This document shows, in pieces, positions 1-13,321 of a stretch of DNA of 64,000 nt (its first letter is position 1; the number at the start of each line of letters is the position of its first letter). This DNA is from Lytechinus pictus. Lineage: Eukaryota. Both the position numbers and the translations under genes were made by a program. The notes under the pieces were generated by a model that worked only from the letters and a program-made list of their open reading frames with translations, was not told the DNA's origin and ran no database searches. The stretch lies in assembly GCF_037042905.1 (NCBI RefSeq), contig NC_087251.1, forward strand, positions 24,864,001-24,928,000, written 5' to 3'.

Positions 1-289
1 AGTTTTATTTATTTTTATTCGAACCTACTCGCCGTACGGCCGTCGTAGGGGAAATGTGACTGCGCCATTACTGCTTTAAATTCAATTTCTTTTTCAAATA
101 ACAGCAGTCTCGCAATAATGAGGTCTCTGAAATTTGAATCAAACATGCTGTTTCCATAAATTAAATCAGGGCGGTCTATCCATGCACAAACCATTTGGCA
201 CCAAAGCGCTACTTGATGAAAACAAAACATGGAGCAAATGACCTTGACCTACCTTTTAATGTTTTGTTTACATTCTTCGAACACCATTT

Positions 290-634
290 CCGTTTTCCCA
301 CGCGTACAGGTCAGTGCGCGGTACTGCCGCGCTGCGCTGATGATGCGTACGTCGTAATCAGCTCTGATATCGGCCATCGCCAGTATTGCAGGCATGCAAG
401 CCGCAGAAAGTGAAGTGTATTGCAGCGCCCGCGCCCCTCCTCGCTCGCTTCGCCGCTGTCGAGTCGTCCCTGCCTGCTGCATGAAACTGCTGTGCGCTAT
501 TCACCATATCACAATACTGGAGCAAGTAAGAGTGGATGACTGAGTATTTCGCGGAACTGATCACCGAGCTGTGGAAGGAAAATTGACATTGAAACTGAAC
601 ATTCAGAGTTATTTCTTTTTCATTCAGCATCGAG
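290..634. promoter_or_regulatory. CpG-rich promoter/5'UTR region of BPNT1, possibly bidirectional
   Basis: Locally GC/CpG-rich in an AT-rich background; candidate UTR intron 526..627 (AA|GTAAGA ... TTTTTCATTCAG); minus-strand donor AAG|GTAGGT at 253/252. Confidence 0.5.
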
Positions 635-760
635 ATGGCCGGTGAAATATCTCTGGTGATGCGACTGATGTCGGCATCAGTGTCGATAGCAAACAGAGCA
701 GGGTCCATTGTGAGGGATATCATGAAAGCAGGAGATTTGGGGGTTGTCATGAAAAATCAG
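635..760 (+). CDS. BPNT1: BPNT1 first coding exon, variant A (MAGEISLVMRLMSASVSIANRAGSIVRDIMKAGDLGVVMKNQ)
   Basis: ATG at 635 in GAGATGG context; 42 codons ending CAG|GTAAGA (phase 0); resembles the BPNT1 N-terminus (LMRL..S..SIA..AG.IVR....GDLG.V.K). Confidence 0.9.
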
Positions 761-3499
761 GTAAGAGGAACTAGAAAGTCAGAGTAGTAACGGTGCAGAC
801 ATGTCGCATGTTTGTAAACCATGATTGGATGTGATGCGATGTGTATGCATGAAGATCTACTCATTTTAAGGTTGAAAGATTTGTGGTGTTTAAATGCTTG
901 ATACGAGGGGGGGGGGGGGGGTGAAAGAGAAATAAGTGCAAAATTATTATCATGGTGGACCAAAACTGAAGAACTTGAAAATGGACTGGGTTACAAAAGT
1001 TGAGATCCAACATAATTTACACATATCATTATCAGAAATGTTTGTTAATGCCATATTAATCTCTAATGTTCTCTTTTTATTATTAAGCAGCATTAATAAT
1101 GATGTTAGGCTGATTAAGATTTATGAATGGATTTGACATTAAATTTTGTGTTTATAGTTAAATGTTTGGTGCAGTCAGCACAGTGACTATTTCATTATTT
1201 CAGCAAAGTAGCAAACGTGCATATATCCACATGATCTCAATCAAACAAGACTAGCAATAAGCTAAAACTTTCCATCTGCATTAGGGTGACAGATATTCAT
1301 AAAAAAAATTGAGTTCTGTTTTATTCATGCAAAGGGCTCAAGATGCAATCTTTCTCATAAAAGAAATTGAAGTTTGTGTAAAATGGATGAGTACTAGTAA
1401 GACAATAACTATACAAGAGGGATGTACTCTAATTGAAGAAGAAGAGTTGTGATTTTTTTTTAATGTAAAAAATGATATACATGTATGGATGATTTTCCTT
1501 TAAAAATGAAACATTACAATTAACACAGCTATAATTTTATTGCGATTCTTGGTATATTTTTCTTCAAAATATGATATGGTAGGCCTATTGATTTTTTTTC
1601 TTTGTAATTATTACAGAAATTCTTATTCTATTGTAAATTTTAGGTGCAATGATAACAGAATTCCACAAATGTATGGCTTCAGTGCCCCCCACCCCCCCAA
1701 AAAAAAGCCCTGCTTTCTGATATTTCACCAAAAAATAGTTAACCCTTGGGTAGTAAAATTATTTTATTGTTAGAGATTTACAAGTTGAAGTGAGAAAGGA
1801 CTGTTAACCCCCCCCCCAAAAAAAAATGTTATGCAGAATTGTTACCTGTAGGCCTACATGTAGTTCTATGTATACATGTACATGCTATATAAGATTATGA
1901 TGTTTGAAAATGTATCGGTACACAGTCAGAAGGTGTTAGACAAAATCAACAATTTCCTTTTCTAAGGGTGTCCAAACACTATGCAATATTGAAAGAAAGA
2001 AAATATACTGATAGCTTTACTCCAATAGCAAGGTGATGGCCAAACTATCACTTCCAAGGCACGCTGGAAGTAGATATCTTTTGGATGTTAGTTATCTTTC
2101 CAAAGTGAAGCGGAAGAAAGATAGTTTGTACATCCAGCCCACAAAGAAGTGATAGTCCATCTCGTCTCCCGGAATCAAGAGGTGATTCTTTGCTTTTATC
2201 TTAAATATAACTGAAGAATACAATATTAATAATAAAAGAATTAAATGTAAAAATTAAGGTTTCCTAATCCCTATTTAAGCATGTCTATTAAAGGTTTTGG
2301 CAAAGGATCAGTAATTTGAACTATACTAGTGTCATAGAACATTGTAATATTACAATGTAGTAGTGGTCATTGAATGCATTTCTACCTATATAGCATTTTT
2401 CTGGCACTTATGATTTAATTCAAATCTAGTGCCCTCTCTCATTATTTTTTTTATTTATATTTAAAATAGCCATTTGTGCACCAACCTAATCATATTTCAA
2501 AGCTAATGACATGATTATATCCTGAAATTTTCAGCCCATTCCCTGCTTGAGAAGGTCTTTAAAAAGAAGAATGCAGATATTCTATTTAAATGAGGTACCT
2601 GAACATATTAAATTGTGATGTAAAATCTGTAAGTTTATCCGATAAAATAAATTTCTAGTTTATATTGATATTCACAATCCACATCACAGCCATTTTGGGG
2701 CATCATACAATGTAATGGAGTAGTGGCATGCAACTTTGAGGGGGATTTACCAAAAATAAAGATAGGTTTTTGAAGAAAAAAAATCAATGGAGTCAATGCA
2801 GATAGATGCTTGTTGCTTGTGTATTGTGGAAACTGCCTTTAAATAACTCTATGTTAGCGAGGTAATTGTGATGTCTTCTTTTGCATTCATTCAAAATCAT
2901 TCATAGTGCGTGATTATGACTATGTTAGCAGAAGGGATCAGCAAAACAAAAAAGTTCAATTATTTACCATGGGCACATCCGGCCTTATTACACCAATCTA
3001 ATATCCTATCCAAATGAAATGAATTTAAACATTTTCGCAAGATACATAGCCTATAGTTAGCTTTAGATTTAGTTCCTCATCCTTAGACTTAGACCTTCTA
3101 GACCTGAAATACAATGTAGGTGTGCTGACTGCTGCACTAACACTACTAGTATATGTTAGATCTCTTGCCTAGATAGACACTCAGGTTGTGTTCAATGTCG
3201 GTTCCCAAATTTAAATGGCAACATGAATCATAATTGAAAACGTGATTACAAAACATGGATATAATGACAATGTCCTCCATTCCGCCGTAAAAGTAAACAT
3301 CTTTCAAAACACGATTCAGAGGAAAATTCAAACGTCGAAAAAGATGCATTTGTAAATGCGATCATCTCGGATTTTACAACCTTCAGCATCACAAATGCGA
3401 CATTGAACACAATTGAGTTTTGAAACGTCATGCTCTCTCAAAGAAGCCTGCACAAGCAGGTGCCAGAATTGACCTTTCTTGTCATTGGTCAAACTGCAC

Positions 3500-3720
3500 A
3501 ATTTATTTATTTTTTATTTATTGATATATTCATATTCCACAATCATCAAAGTACATTTATAATAAATCATTTTAACACTTAAAAAAAAATGCATAACACA
3601 CAGGATTGAAACGTAGCAATGAAATGAAAAAAGTGGAGGGGTCTACTAAAAAGCAAAGCTTGTAAAATGTAGACCCCCTATCACAATAAAGCTGTGCTAA
3701 CGAAAGCGGGGAAATATAAA
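3500..3720 (-). mobile_element. Probable LINE 3'-UTR remnant
   Basis: Hairpin GGGGTCTAC...GTAGACCCC followed on the minus strand by an (AATA)n-like tail at about 3500-3520. Confidence 0.35.
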
Positions 3721-4536
3721 GATGGTAGAATAATAATCAGCTTTATATTTTCAACAGTGAACAGTGCACCGCTGATCGTGTTTGTGTTATGTGTTTTGTA
3801 ATTGAGTTTTCAATCATGATTCCTGTTGCTGTTTAAATGAAAATTGACATTTAACACACCCTTAGTATCAACCATAGTGTAGGCCTATAATGTAGGTTCC
3901 TCTATCTTGGTTTTTAGCCTACGTCCTCAACTGGATCTAACGTCCTAATACTAGATCATAGCATGGGTGGAAGAGTGGGCCATGCAAACATGCAAGGGAT
4001 GAGCATTTGTTTCTTCAATCTCTGTGGAGAATCTGTAAATGTGATTTGTTTCTCTTTTGAGAATGATGGAACATTGCATTGATGCATTCCTTTAATCATG
4101 GATCCTTCTATAGATACATGTTTAATTTAAATAATGGAAAAGGATAACTTATTAAAGGTGTATGTTAATTATACAAGCCTATCTTTGAAAGCTTTCAAGA
4201 TAGGCCTACAAAACTCTTTAAATCCTTCCAAATATTTTAAGAAAGTACATCCGATTCTAAATCCAATTTACAATTGTTCAATAATCTCTTAATGTTGCAA
4301 AAAAAACACCCAAAGTTAACAAGATTTGTATATTAATTCAAATCTTCATTCAGATTTACTTTTTAATTAATGTAAGCGGATTTTTATGTCTGCAATCAAA
4401 TGGAAGATTTTCTTTGAATCCAGGTCTTTGGGTTGCTATTCAGTAAATCTTCATAATCCATGTAATTTCAAAGTGTAGGACAAGCAGCTTCTAAAGAAAC
4501 TTCATCTATAAAAACTCTTTGAGAATTCTGCTTTTA

Positions 4537-5413
4537 TACCCTTTTCTCATAAGCAAAATTTATCTTGAACCTGTACCTGAACTTGCAATTTCGCCCCATC
4601 TTAAGTTCATGGTTAGGTCGAGTCCTTCTGTTCTCACAACATTTTTGCAAAGTGCACTAACCCCAACTGTAGTATGGGATTCTGTAACCGCGCAAAAAAG
4701 CAAGGGTAGCCGGGCAATTGTTGTGCTAAGGCATAAAAAGAAGGCTAGCTGGGTAATTGTGCTAAAAAATGAAAAGGGGGCTAGCCAGGCAATTGTGGTG
4801 CTAAGGCATAAAAAAGGGGGCTAGCCAGGCAATTGTGGTGCTAAGGCATAAAAAAGGGGGCTAGCCAGGCAATTGTGGTGCTAAGGCATAAAAAAGGGGG
4901 CTAGCCAGGCAATTGTGGTGCTAAGGCATAAAAAGGGGGCTAGCCAGGCAATTGTGGTGCTAAGGCATAAAAAGGGGGCTAGCCAGGCAATTGTGGTGCT
5001 AAGGCATAAAAAGGGGGCTAGCCGGGCAATTGTGGTGCTATGGCATAAAAAGGGGGCTAGCCGGGCAATTGTGATGCTAAGGCATAAAAAAGGGGGCTAG
5101 CAAGGCAATTGTGGTGCTAAGGCATTAAAAAGGGGCTAGCCGGGCCATTGTGGTGCTAAAAAGGGGGCTAGCCAGGCAATTGTGCTAAGGCATAAAAAGG
5201 CGGCTAGCCTGGCGATTATGATGCTAAGGCATACATGTAAAAGGGGACTAGGAGCTCTCAGAAACCCAGCTAAGGCAGGATTGCAGCTCCATGCATGCCG
5301 AAAGCACAAAGAAAACCAATGGTCTGGGGTTACCAAAGATTGACTTTGAGGTAGACAATTTAGCATTTTTTAGCCCATATGAACAGAAAAAAATATTGCT
5401 ATGAGAAAAGGTA
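4537..5413. mobile_element. Harbinger-like non-autonomous element carrying a minisatellite
   Basis: TACCCTTTTCTCATA / TATGAGAAAAGGTA termini with TTA/TAA flanks; internal similarity to 10128..10508. Confidence 0.6.
4700..5250 (+). repeat. 39-40 bp minisatellite, about 13-14 units
   Basis: Unit GGGGGCTAGCCAGGCAATTGTGGTGCTAAGGCATAAAAA(A). Confidence 0.95.
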
Positions 5414-6622
5414 TAACGTTTGTGGATCCAAAACTTGAAATAAACTGCCTGAGGAAACAAAAATGCTCCATCCTGAAAATGGGATGAGCATGTGAGTCCA
5501 AAGGCAAAGATGTTTTTCTTTTTTTATATTCCGAGCCTTTATATGAAAATGATATTGATCTTTGTTTGTGACAGCCATTTCCTTGTTAGATTTTGGAAAA
5601 TGATAATGTAGTTAATGGTGTAATATGTGAGACATATTAAAACAAGGCCAACCTCATAGTCATAAATAATAGATATATATAGAGAGATGTATAGATATTC
5701 GATAGATATATAGATCTGAGTCAATGTTTAAAATTGATTTCGAAAAAAAATCATTTTTTTCTCAGGGCATTTCGAATTTTGTCTCCCAGTGAGAAGATAA
5801 TCTAACAGAATATCTTTTACCTTTTCTAACACTTTCATTCATTTTCTTTTTAGTTTAAGAAGAAATTATTCATAAATACAAAGCTAGGTGAAAAATCTAG
5901 ATAAATGAAATTAGATGTATTCATGTACATATTTCATCTTGATTTAGATTAAAGAAAGAAAAATGATCACAATGTTCTCCTGTGTGCCCTAAATATTCCT
6001 TCCGATTTTGTAACCAGGCATCAAGCCATTTAGCTATCCAGATTATCAACTGGGATTAATTTAATCCAAGGTCATCTAATGACATGACATTGTCCTTGGA
6101 TGCCCCATTCATCAGCCTAAATGTCTCATTGGTCTTTGAGATTTTGTGTGCCCTTTTCATTGTAATAGAGGGATACAGTGCAAAATGAAAAAAAGGGAAA
6201 AGAAGTGGCCTTACCTTTAAAACATCAAAATTTAAGGCCTGTCAATTGGTTTAATAGTTTGTTGTTAATTTTTCTCCCAAGTTGTCATGAAAAGGCTGAA
6301 CTGTTATTTGACCTTTCATTTCTTCTTGTGAGGTTCGCAAAGGAGAATAAAAGTCAAACATTGAGTTTTACCTTTGAGTAAGTGGGCCAATCTTGTGTTG
6401 AATGTTTGATTTATCTCAGTAGTTAATGGAGTGATGATAGTATGTGAATCACTCACTGGGGGCGAATAATAAGCTGCTTTCTCTATTAAGCATTCAACTT
6501 AGGGAAAATCCCTAATATACAGCGTGTACTAATCAAAAGCCGATGAAATTTATAAAAAGTTTATATTCATATATTGTGTTTATTTTAGAGTCAGAATGAC
6601 ATAAGCTCATGAAAACCATTAA

Positions 6623-7004
6623 TACCCCTTTCATAAACCCAATTATGCGGATAATGTCCGCATAATTTGGTCGTAAAATCGGAGCGGGACCAGAGTTATC
6701 CGCATTATTTCGATGCTGCAATTATCCGCATAATAGCGGCATCGGGACCAGATTTTGACTTTATGAACGCATTTCCAAAGTAATGCGGATAATTGCCATG
6801 GTGTGGTCACAAGGTCACGCTTTTTCAACACAACCCCATCGGAGGGGGTGTGTGCAGTTGCCATGACAATTATCCGCCTTTTTCAGGTCGGGCGCTCGTA
6901 AAAAATAGTGCGGATTATTTTCGGAGTTTGTGAATGCAATTTTTATTGAATTATCCGCATTACTCTTAGGCGGATAATTGGAGGATGGGTTTATGAAAGG
7001 GGTA
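6623..7004. mobile_element. PIF/Harbinger-like MITE
   Basis: 18-bp TIR TACCCCTTTCATAAACCC; TAA TSD; many internal TTATCCGC/GCGGATAA motifs. Confidence 0.85.
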
Positions 7005-7751
7005 TAAATCACACAATTTCAATCAAATATGTTTGTCGAATCCCACTTGAAATAAGATTCTTTGTAAACAAATACATATTTTTGTCATTTTGGGTACATC
7101 ATGCACGGTTGATGTGTCTTAAAAGTCAACTTGAGTTGCATAATTGAATAAACATAGGCCATCCAATGTACCGGCAGAAATTAAACACCCCCCCCCCCAA
7201 AAAAAAAAAAAAAGAAGAGAAAACATTGTTTTAGTAAATACAAAAGACAAGTAATAATATTGCGCTTTTGTATGCGTAATCATGCATGTACTTGTAAGTA
7301 TGATGTAACTTACCAGAATGTCTCTAACGGCTTTACAGTATACAGATCATTACAAAGCAAGTTAACAGATACATATCTTTCCCAGATTTGGCTCACTTGT
7401 TTTGATACATGTATTGTCAAATCCCTGTTATAAGAAAATGCACTAACTGTATTTCAATATTTTTAAAGCCTGTCTAAAGCTTTGTACTCAAGTATCATCT
7501 AACATTCAATTTTACAAAAGTGCAGTATTCATTTGATTTTTCTTCAGCTTTTAGAATTCAATTGAGCATTTTTTAAGCTGTTAGAATTCAAATAACTTTA
7601 CAAATTTAGTATTTGTATATTAGAAAGCTACAGCAATTACATCTTTAAAATTGTTTGCCCATTCTATGTTTTAAAAGAGCTCTTTTAAAAACTAGACAAA
7701 AGTACCCAGATATTTTATTTTGATCAAAGTAAATCTTGATGTAAAATCAGT

Positions 7752-8054
7752 GGCCTGTATTCTGAAGTCGGGTTTATCTTAGACCATGGTCTTTGTCTGT
7801 GCTAAAATTATGGGAAGCCAAAAGTGTCAACATTTTTATTAAGTTGTATGTTTCTTATATTTACTGTGCTCTTTCCTGATTCTTCAATGGTGAAGGCAAA
7901 AATCTATTTATACTTTCTAGACAATTATGAATGATTTGAAAGCCAAATGAGCTGAAATATGATATCTTTAGTTTCTCTACTGTTAGTGATTTATGTAACA
8001 ATTGGCTATCCATACTTAAACCACAACTTTAAACCTGACTTCAGAATTCGGGCC
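7752..8054. mobile_element. Harbinger-like MITE
   Basis: GGCCTGTATTCTGAAGTCGGGTTTA / TAAACCTGACTTCAGAATTCGGGCC; 3-bp AGT duplication. Confidence 0.75.
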
Positions 8055-8743
8055 AGTAAATTTATCCATTAAAATACATTTTCATTTCACGTCCTTCACG
8101 TGTTTATCATTTTATGACACAAACATTCACATTAAATTAATTTGGATAGTGACATGCCCTTTTGGTGGATTTACCAAAACTAAAGATAGGCTTTTAACTT
8201 TTGATATGATTTGCTGGCTTAATTTCTTAGTTTATTCAAATAGATCTCATATCTGGATAGATTAACATCCTCTTTTGTTCCAAGGCTTTTAAGATCTGAG
8301 TTTTGAAATGGGCGTGTCTGTCTTGTGATACCCCTGGCCTGGGACAGCCCATTTGAACCTTAGTTCCCCTGTGGGAAGGCCCTGGGAGTGCAGCTGTCAT
8401 AGTTGACTTTTAATATCTGTGTGTTTCCCCTGTTACAAGCTTGTAATTGGAGGAGGAGCCTATATACTACTATAACTTTTAAAGGAACAAAGGTCAGGTT
8501 GGGGAGAGCAAACAAGTACCATAGCTCTGGATGGATAGGTACACAATAAATTGCCATAAGTACCAGCAAGCTTTATGATAGTGTTCGTACACAGTCACTC
8601 AGACTGAGGAGCGTAGGTTCCCCACCAGCACGAACCATCATTCTTCAAGGCGTGTTTGGGCCAAGCAGGTTGGAAACGCTTACCGGTTATCCTTGTAGTG
8701 TGATCTTGGCTTCCTTGTGGTAGTGTAGGTGTTGAAAGTAAAG

Positions 8744-8884
8744 ATGTCTTCGGCGGCAGCAGCATCAGGTGTGCCTCTGCTCATGCAGGTGATGTCAGCA
8801 TCCCATGCTATAGCCAGTAGGGCAGGGATGATCATTAGAGATATCATGAAGGCTGGAAACCTTGGAGTTGTACTCAAGAACCAG
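8744..8884 (+). CDS. BPNT1: BPNT1 first coding exon, variant B (MSSAAAASGVPLLMQVMSASHAIASRAGMIIRDIMKAGNLGVVLKNQ)
   Basis: Paralogous to 635..760; open frame from AAGATGT; ends CAG|GTGAGG, phase 0, at the same KNQ boundary. Confidence 0.82.
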
Positions 8885-9339
8885 GTGAGGCAGATGTACA
8901 GGTTTTGCTATGTCATCCCAAGGGGTTATGGCTCATGGATGTGTGTTGATCTTACTGCTGCATTGCCTACTGTACACGAGTCACATCCCAGTATTTCACT
9001 AACTGTGCATAGTAAGGCAGGCCCAGTATAGACTTCATAGTCATAGTGTGTTCAATTCATTGCACATGATAAAATTTATCTGGAAATATAGTCAAGTTTG
9101 CAGTATCGTTTAACATTATAAAAAAATGGTTGTAGATGTATGACCCCCTAAGAAGTGAAGCTGGTTAGTATCATGGATACTATGGTCAACAAATGTCATC
9201 GACATTATCGATTGTGATGATGATAAGTGTATGTACATGTTCACAGCAATTTAAAATGTTGCAAATACACACATGGGAAGGAAATGTTGTTTTCATGAAC
9301 AAGTTATCCCACATTTATCAATTTTTTGATATTTTTTTT

Positions 9340-10070
9340 GTTATTAAGTATTTGTTGAGAATATAACAACAAATGACATAATCAACACAAAATTACAAAT
9401 ATTTCAAGAGAATTATGACCATACATACAGTACATGTAGTAATGAACATATTTACAGTGCATAAAGTGTACAGACAGAGAATGTTCAAAATTCAAACCTC
9501 CATTTATGAAAATGAGCAGAAATTTAACCTTTCTTTATAGTAATGTTATATTTGATTTCTTTGTAATACTCATTAAGTAAGGTGTAAAGTAAGTTAAGTC
9601 AGAAATTTAAATTTGCAGAGATATATCAAATATTTTAACGATAGAAAATGTATCATATATAAAAGAGTCTCCCTGAGCACCATCTGACAAGAATATATTT
9701 TTCTTTTCCTTCTGATGATTAAATCAACCATTTTTTGCCACAACGCTTGTATTTGAGGACATGAAATAAACAATAGCAAGGACATCTCTGGTGAATTAGT
9801 ACAATTTACGAGCAAACAGGAGAATCCTTTCTTTTTATATTAAAAAGAAAATCGTTGAGGGCTATTGCTCTGTAAAAAAAGGTTTTATAAAGAAGTGTAG
9901 ACAGGTATCAATTGTGCTTTTGAGATTTCTCAAAGTAATTTCATCCCAGACAGGGAAGTTAAAGTAATCATTCCAACAAGAAAAATGAGATTCAGGGAGA
10001 GAGGCTTCGAACATTGTAAACAAACTTTGAAAGTTTAGTAGGCTGCTTACATGTATTAAAGTTACTTGAT
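9340..10070 (-). pseudogene. Decayed 3' fragment of an L1/Tx1-type LINE ORF2
   Basis: Broken minus-strand frames give ...IKRKDSPVC.. / CTNSPEMSLLLFISCPQIQALW, resembling the C-terminal zinc-knuckle (zf-RVT-like) region; boundaries approximate. Confidence 0.5.
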
Positions 10071-10127
10071 AGTACTTGTAAAAATGAACTCGCGATTCAT
10101 GTCTGCATGAGAGCGAATTTCATCTTA

Positions 10128-10508
10128 TATGCTTTTCACACTGCACTTTTTGTCCTAAATTGGTGGGGCTAAGGGGGGGGTCTTAGCCCCACCAATTTCC
10201 CGGGGTTAAGCTTAGCCCATTTCGTTTTCACACTACGTTTTAGCAAAGTGGGCTAGTACGGTACTATCTGGCCCTGCAAAAAAGCAGGGTTAGTCGAAAG
10301 TCGAAATTGCACGTTAATCGCGCACTGTATGGTAAAATCATCAATATTTATGAGCTGTGTGATTGCCTTGGGTTAAGGCATTAACCCTGGCTAAGCAATA
10401 GTACGGGGTTAAGAAAGACAGTGTGGATCGAAAAAAAGATAGTATAGTATGGGAAAGTCCAGGGTTAAGGATAGTATGGGGTTAAGGAAATGCAGTGTGA
10501 AAAGCATA
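10128..10508. mobile_element. Harbinger-like MITE
   Basis: TIR TATGCTTTTCACACTGCA / TGCAGTGTGAAAAGCATA; TTA/TAA flanks. Confidence 0.8.
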
Positions 10509-11987
10509 TAAGATTATGAAAACTTTGTCATGTTCGTTCTTTATATTCTTTTTAGGAAGTGATTCATCCTAACAAATGTTTACTTTTATACAATGTTTTT
10601 TTTTCTTCTAAAAGTGCTTTAAAATGTGAGTAAGGGCAGGGGGTGCATACACTCTTGGTACCACTTTGGGTGCAAAAATTAAAGTCATATATTTTAAAAT
10701 GAAGCATTGAAAATTTCTTTAAAGAGCAACTCAAGAAGCTATCAGCATTATTAAAGAGTCGGAAGTGTACAGTATTATTTTACATTACTTGCTTTTTATA
10801 GTGATTTTCCTTTATACTGTTTACAGCATAGTATAATTATGAGGGGGTTTTATTGCCTATGATTGTTTTGCAGATAAATCTATATAGATTAAAAAAGATA
10901 TTCCCAAATTACAGTAGTGATTTGTTGTAAAACAGTGTTGATGTTTCTACACGAAAACAAGTGACATCCAAGACATTAAACGTGTTTATCTTGAATTTTA
11001 TACTGAAAGTGAAAATCACTCTGAAGATTTGAGAAATATGCTATACTGTACATGTACATTAGTTGGCCTGCTGCCACCTGATTGTTCTTACATGTAGATT
11101 TTTCATATCGGAAGGAGCTCTTGTAATTATGCAGTGATTGTACGTGTACATTGAAATATTAAGATTGGTTCTTCAAATATCACTGTTGGAAAACATGATA
11201 ATGTAAAACATGGACACAAAGTCAATAGTATGACAAAATAGTTTGCCATGAGTTAATTGACTAAAGTTCAACAAGTTGGTGTTGTTTGAACAAGTCAGGT
11301 TAATTTCCTTCATTTCTAAAGTTGTATGACAGTGTTATCTGTAAGTCATCATCAAATTTACTATTTCACAAAGTTCACCATCTTAATATGAAACTTTAAG
11401 TAAACTTATGGATATATATATTTTTTTTTTTTTTGGGGGGGGATAGAAATCTTGTCTAGACAATCTTCAAATTTGATACAAGTACATGTATGTAGGCCTA
11501 CTTGCTGGTGGTGACAGGGAAAAAATGAAGCAAAACAGTTTGAATCATTGATTTTAAAATGTGTAAATATTATGAGCACAATTCCTTGATTGTAGGGACA
11601 AGCCCTTGATCTGTCACAGGTTGTCTCAATTTTAATCCTACCAGGGGTTGTATTAAACTGTGTATTGCGTTGCTTGAAAGTGAAACAATTTGCTTTTGTG
11701 CTAGACTTGTTTTGAGACCCACTTGTTGATTGAAGTTTCAATCAGGGTATGAGTCTGCAGACTACACAACTCCTACTTGATATTTGTACTTGTAGATAAC
11801 TCAGCATATTTCATATTTACAGATCTCTGTATTTATTATTTGCAGAACATTTTTTCATAATTGTCAAGAAAAAAAATATATTGATTGTTGAAGTAAGGTA
11901 CATACATGTACATGTAGTTGATAAAAAAAAAGTGTGCGTGAAAATACCTTCTTCATGACTGTGTTCCAGCCCAAGGTTCTCTTCAAA

Positions 11988-13321
11988 CATAGGCGGTGGA
12001 AGCGGGGGGGGGGGGGGGGGGGACTTGCCCTCCCCTAAATTTTTTGTTGAGAACCTGTTTTTGTCTCGCCTGCATAGCAGAGCGAGACTATAGGCGCCGC
12101 TTTTCTGGCGGCGGCGTCAACATCAAATCTTAACCTAAGGTTAAGTTTTTGAAATGACATCATAACTTAGAAAGTATATGGACCTAGTTCATGAAACTTA
12201 GACATAAGGTTAATCAAGTATTACTGAACATCCTGCCTGAGTTTCAGGTCACATGACCAAGGTCAAAGGTCATTTAGGGTCAATGAACTTAGTCCATGTT
12301 GGGAAAATTATTTTCAAAATCTTAACCGAAGGTTAAGTTTTTGAAATGACATCATAACTTAGAAAGTATATGGACCTAGTTCATGAAACTTGGGCATAAG
12401 GTTAATCAAGTATTAGTGAACATCCTGCTTGAGTTTCAGGTCACGTGACCAAGGTCAAAGGTCATTTAGGGACATCAATGAACTTTGGTCAAGTTGGGGG
12501 TATTTGTTGAATTACCATCATAACTTTGAAAATTTATGGATTTAGTTCATGAAACTTGGACATTAGGCTAATCAAGTACCACTGAATATCCTGTGCGAGT
12601 TTCAGGTCGCATGACCATGGTCAAAGGTCGTTAAAGGTCAATTAACTTTGGACGTGTTGGGGTTATTTGTTGAATTACCATCCTAACTCTGAAAGTTTAT
12701 GGATCTAGTTCATAAAACTTGGGATATAAGAGTAATCAAGCATCACTGAACATCCCCTGTGAGTTTCAGGTCACAAACCAAGTCAAAGGTCAGTTAAGGT
12801 CAATAAACTTAGGCCATGTTGGGGTAATTGTTGAAGTGCCATCATAACTTTGAAAGTTTATGGATAGAGTGAATGAAATGTGGACATGGGTGTAGTTGAC
12901 AGTCTTAAGTCTTCGTTCAAATGTCATTTATGGTCAATGAACGTGGTATTATGTCATTATATGAATGATGTTTTTGTGAATGATTATTTTATAGTAGTTT
13001 TCAAAGTTAGCACTGCTGCTATATTAATAATGCAGGCGAGACTGCCAGAGGCGTTCCACTTTTTTTTTTTTTTGCTTGTCAATTTTGTTTCCTGCGCCCC
13101 CCCCCCAAAAAAAAAAAATCAGGTGGGCCCCCCTAAAATTGTTGTGGTCCTCCTCTAAAATTTTGGTTGACAACCTTTTTTTTTTTTGGCTTGTCAAAAT
13201 TTTTTGGTGGTCCCTCCTAAAATTTTGGTTGATAACCTTTTTTTTGGTCAAATTTTTTACCTGTGTCCATCCCAAAATTTCAGGTGGACCCCCCTAAATT
13301 TTTTGCCTTCCGCCGCCAATG
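11988..13321. mobile_element. hAT-like MITE interrupted by a Helentron-like element
   Basis: CATAGGCGGTGGAAG / CTTCCGCCGCCAATG termini; 8-bp TSD TCTTCAAA. Confidence 0.85.
12061..13061 (+). mobile_element. Helentron/HINE-like non-autonomous element with internal tandem array
   Basis: Inserted in a T-run; subterminal IR GTCTCGCCTGCA / TGCAGGCGAGAC; GGC microsatellite; 120-160 bp internal units containing GACCAAGGTCAAAGGTCA. Confidence 0.75.

Noticed and set aside
358..750. 130-aa minus-strand ORF and similar ORF 8680..8877
   Set aside because: Antisense shadows of the two BPNT1 first exons.
2036..2152. Short ORF MAKLSLPRHAG... as a third BPNT1 first exon
   Set aside because: No similarity to exons A or B, and it stops before the nearby donor.
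4519..5100. ORFs with repeated VVLRHKKGASQAI
   Set aside because: Translation of the minisatellite; frames shift with A-run length.
4700..5250. CRISPR-like periodicity
   Set aside because: Head-to-tail units without unique spacers, eukaryotic context, no cas genes.
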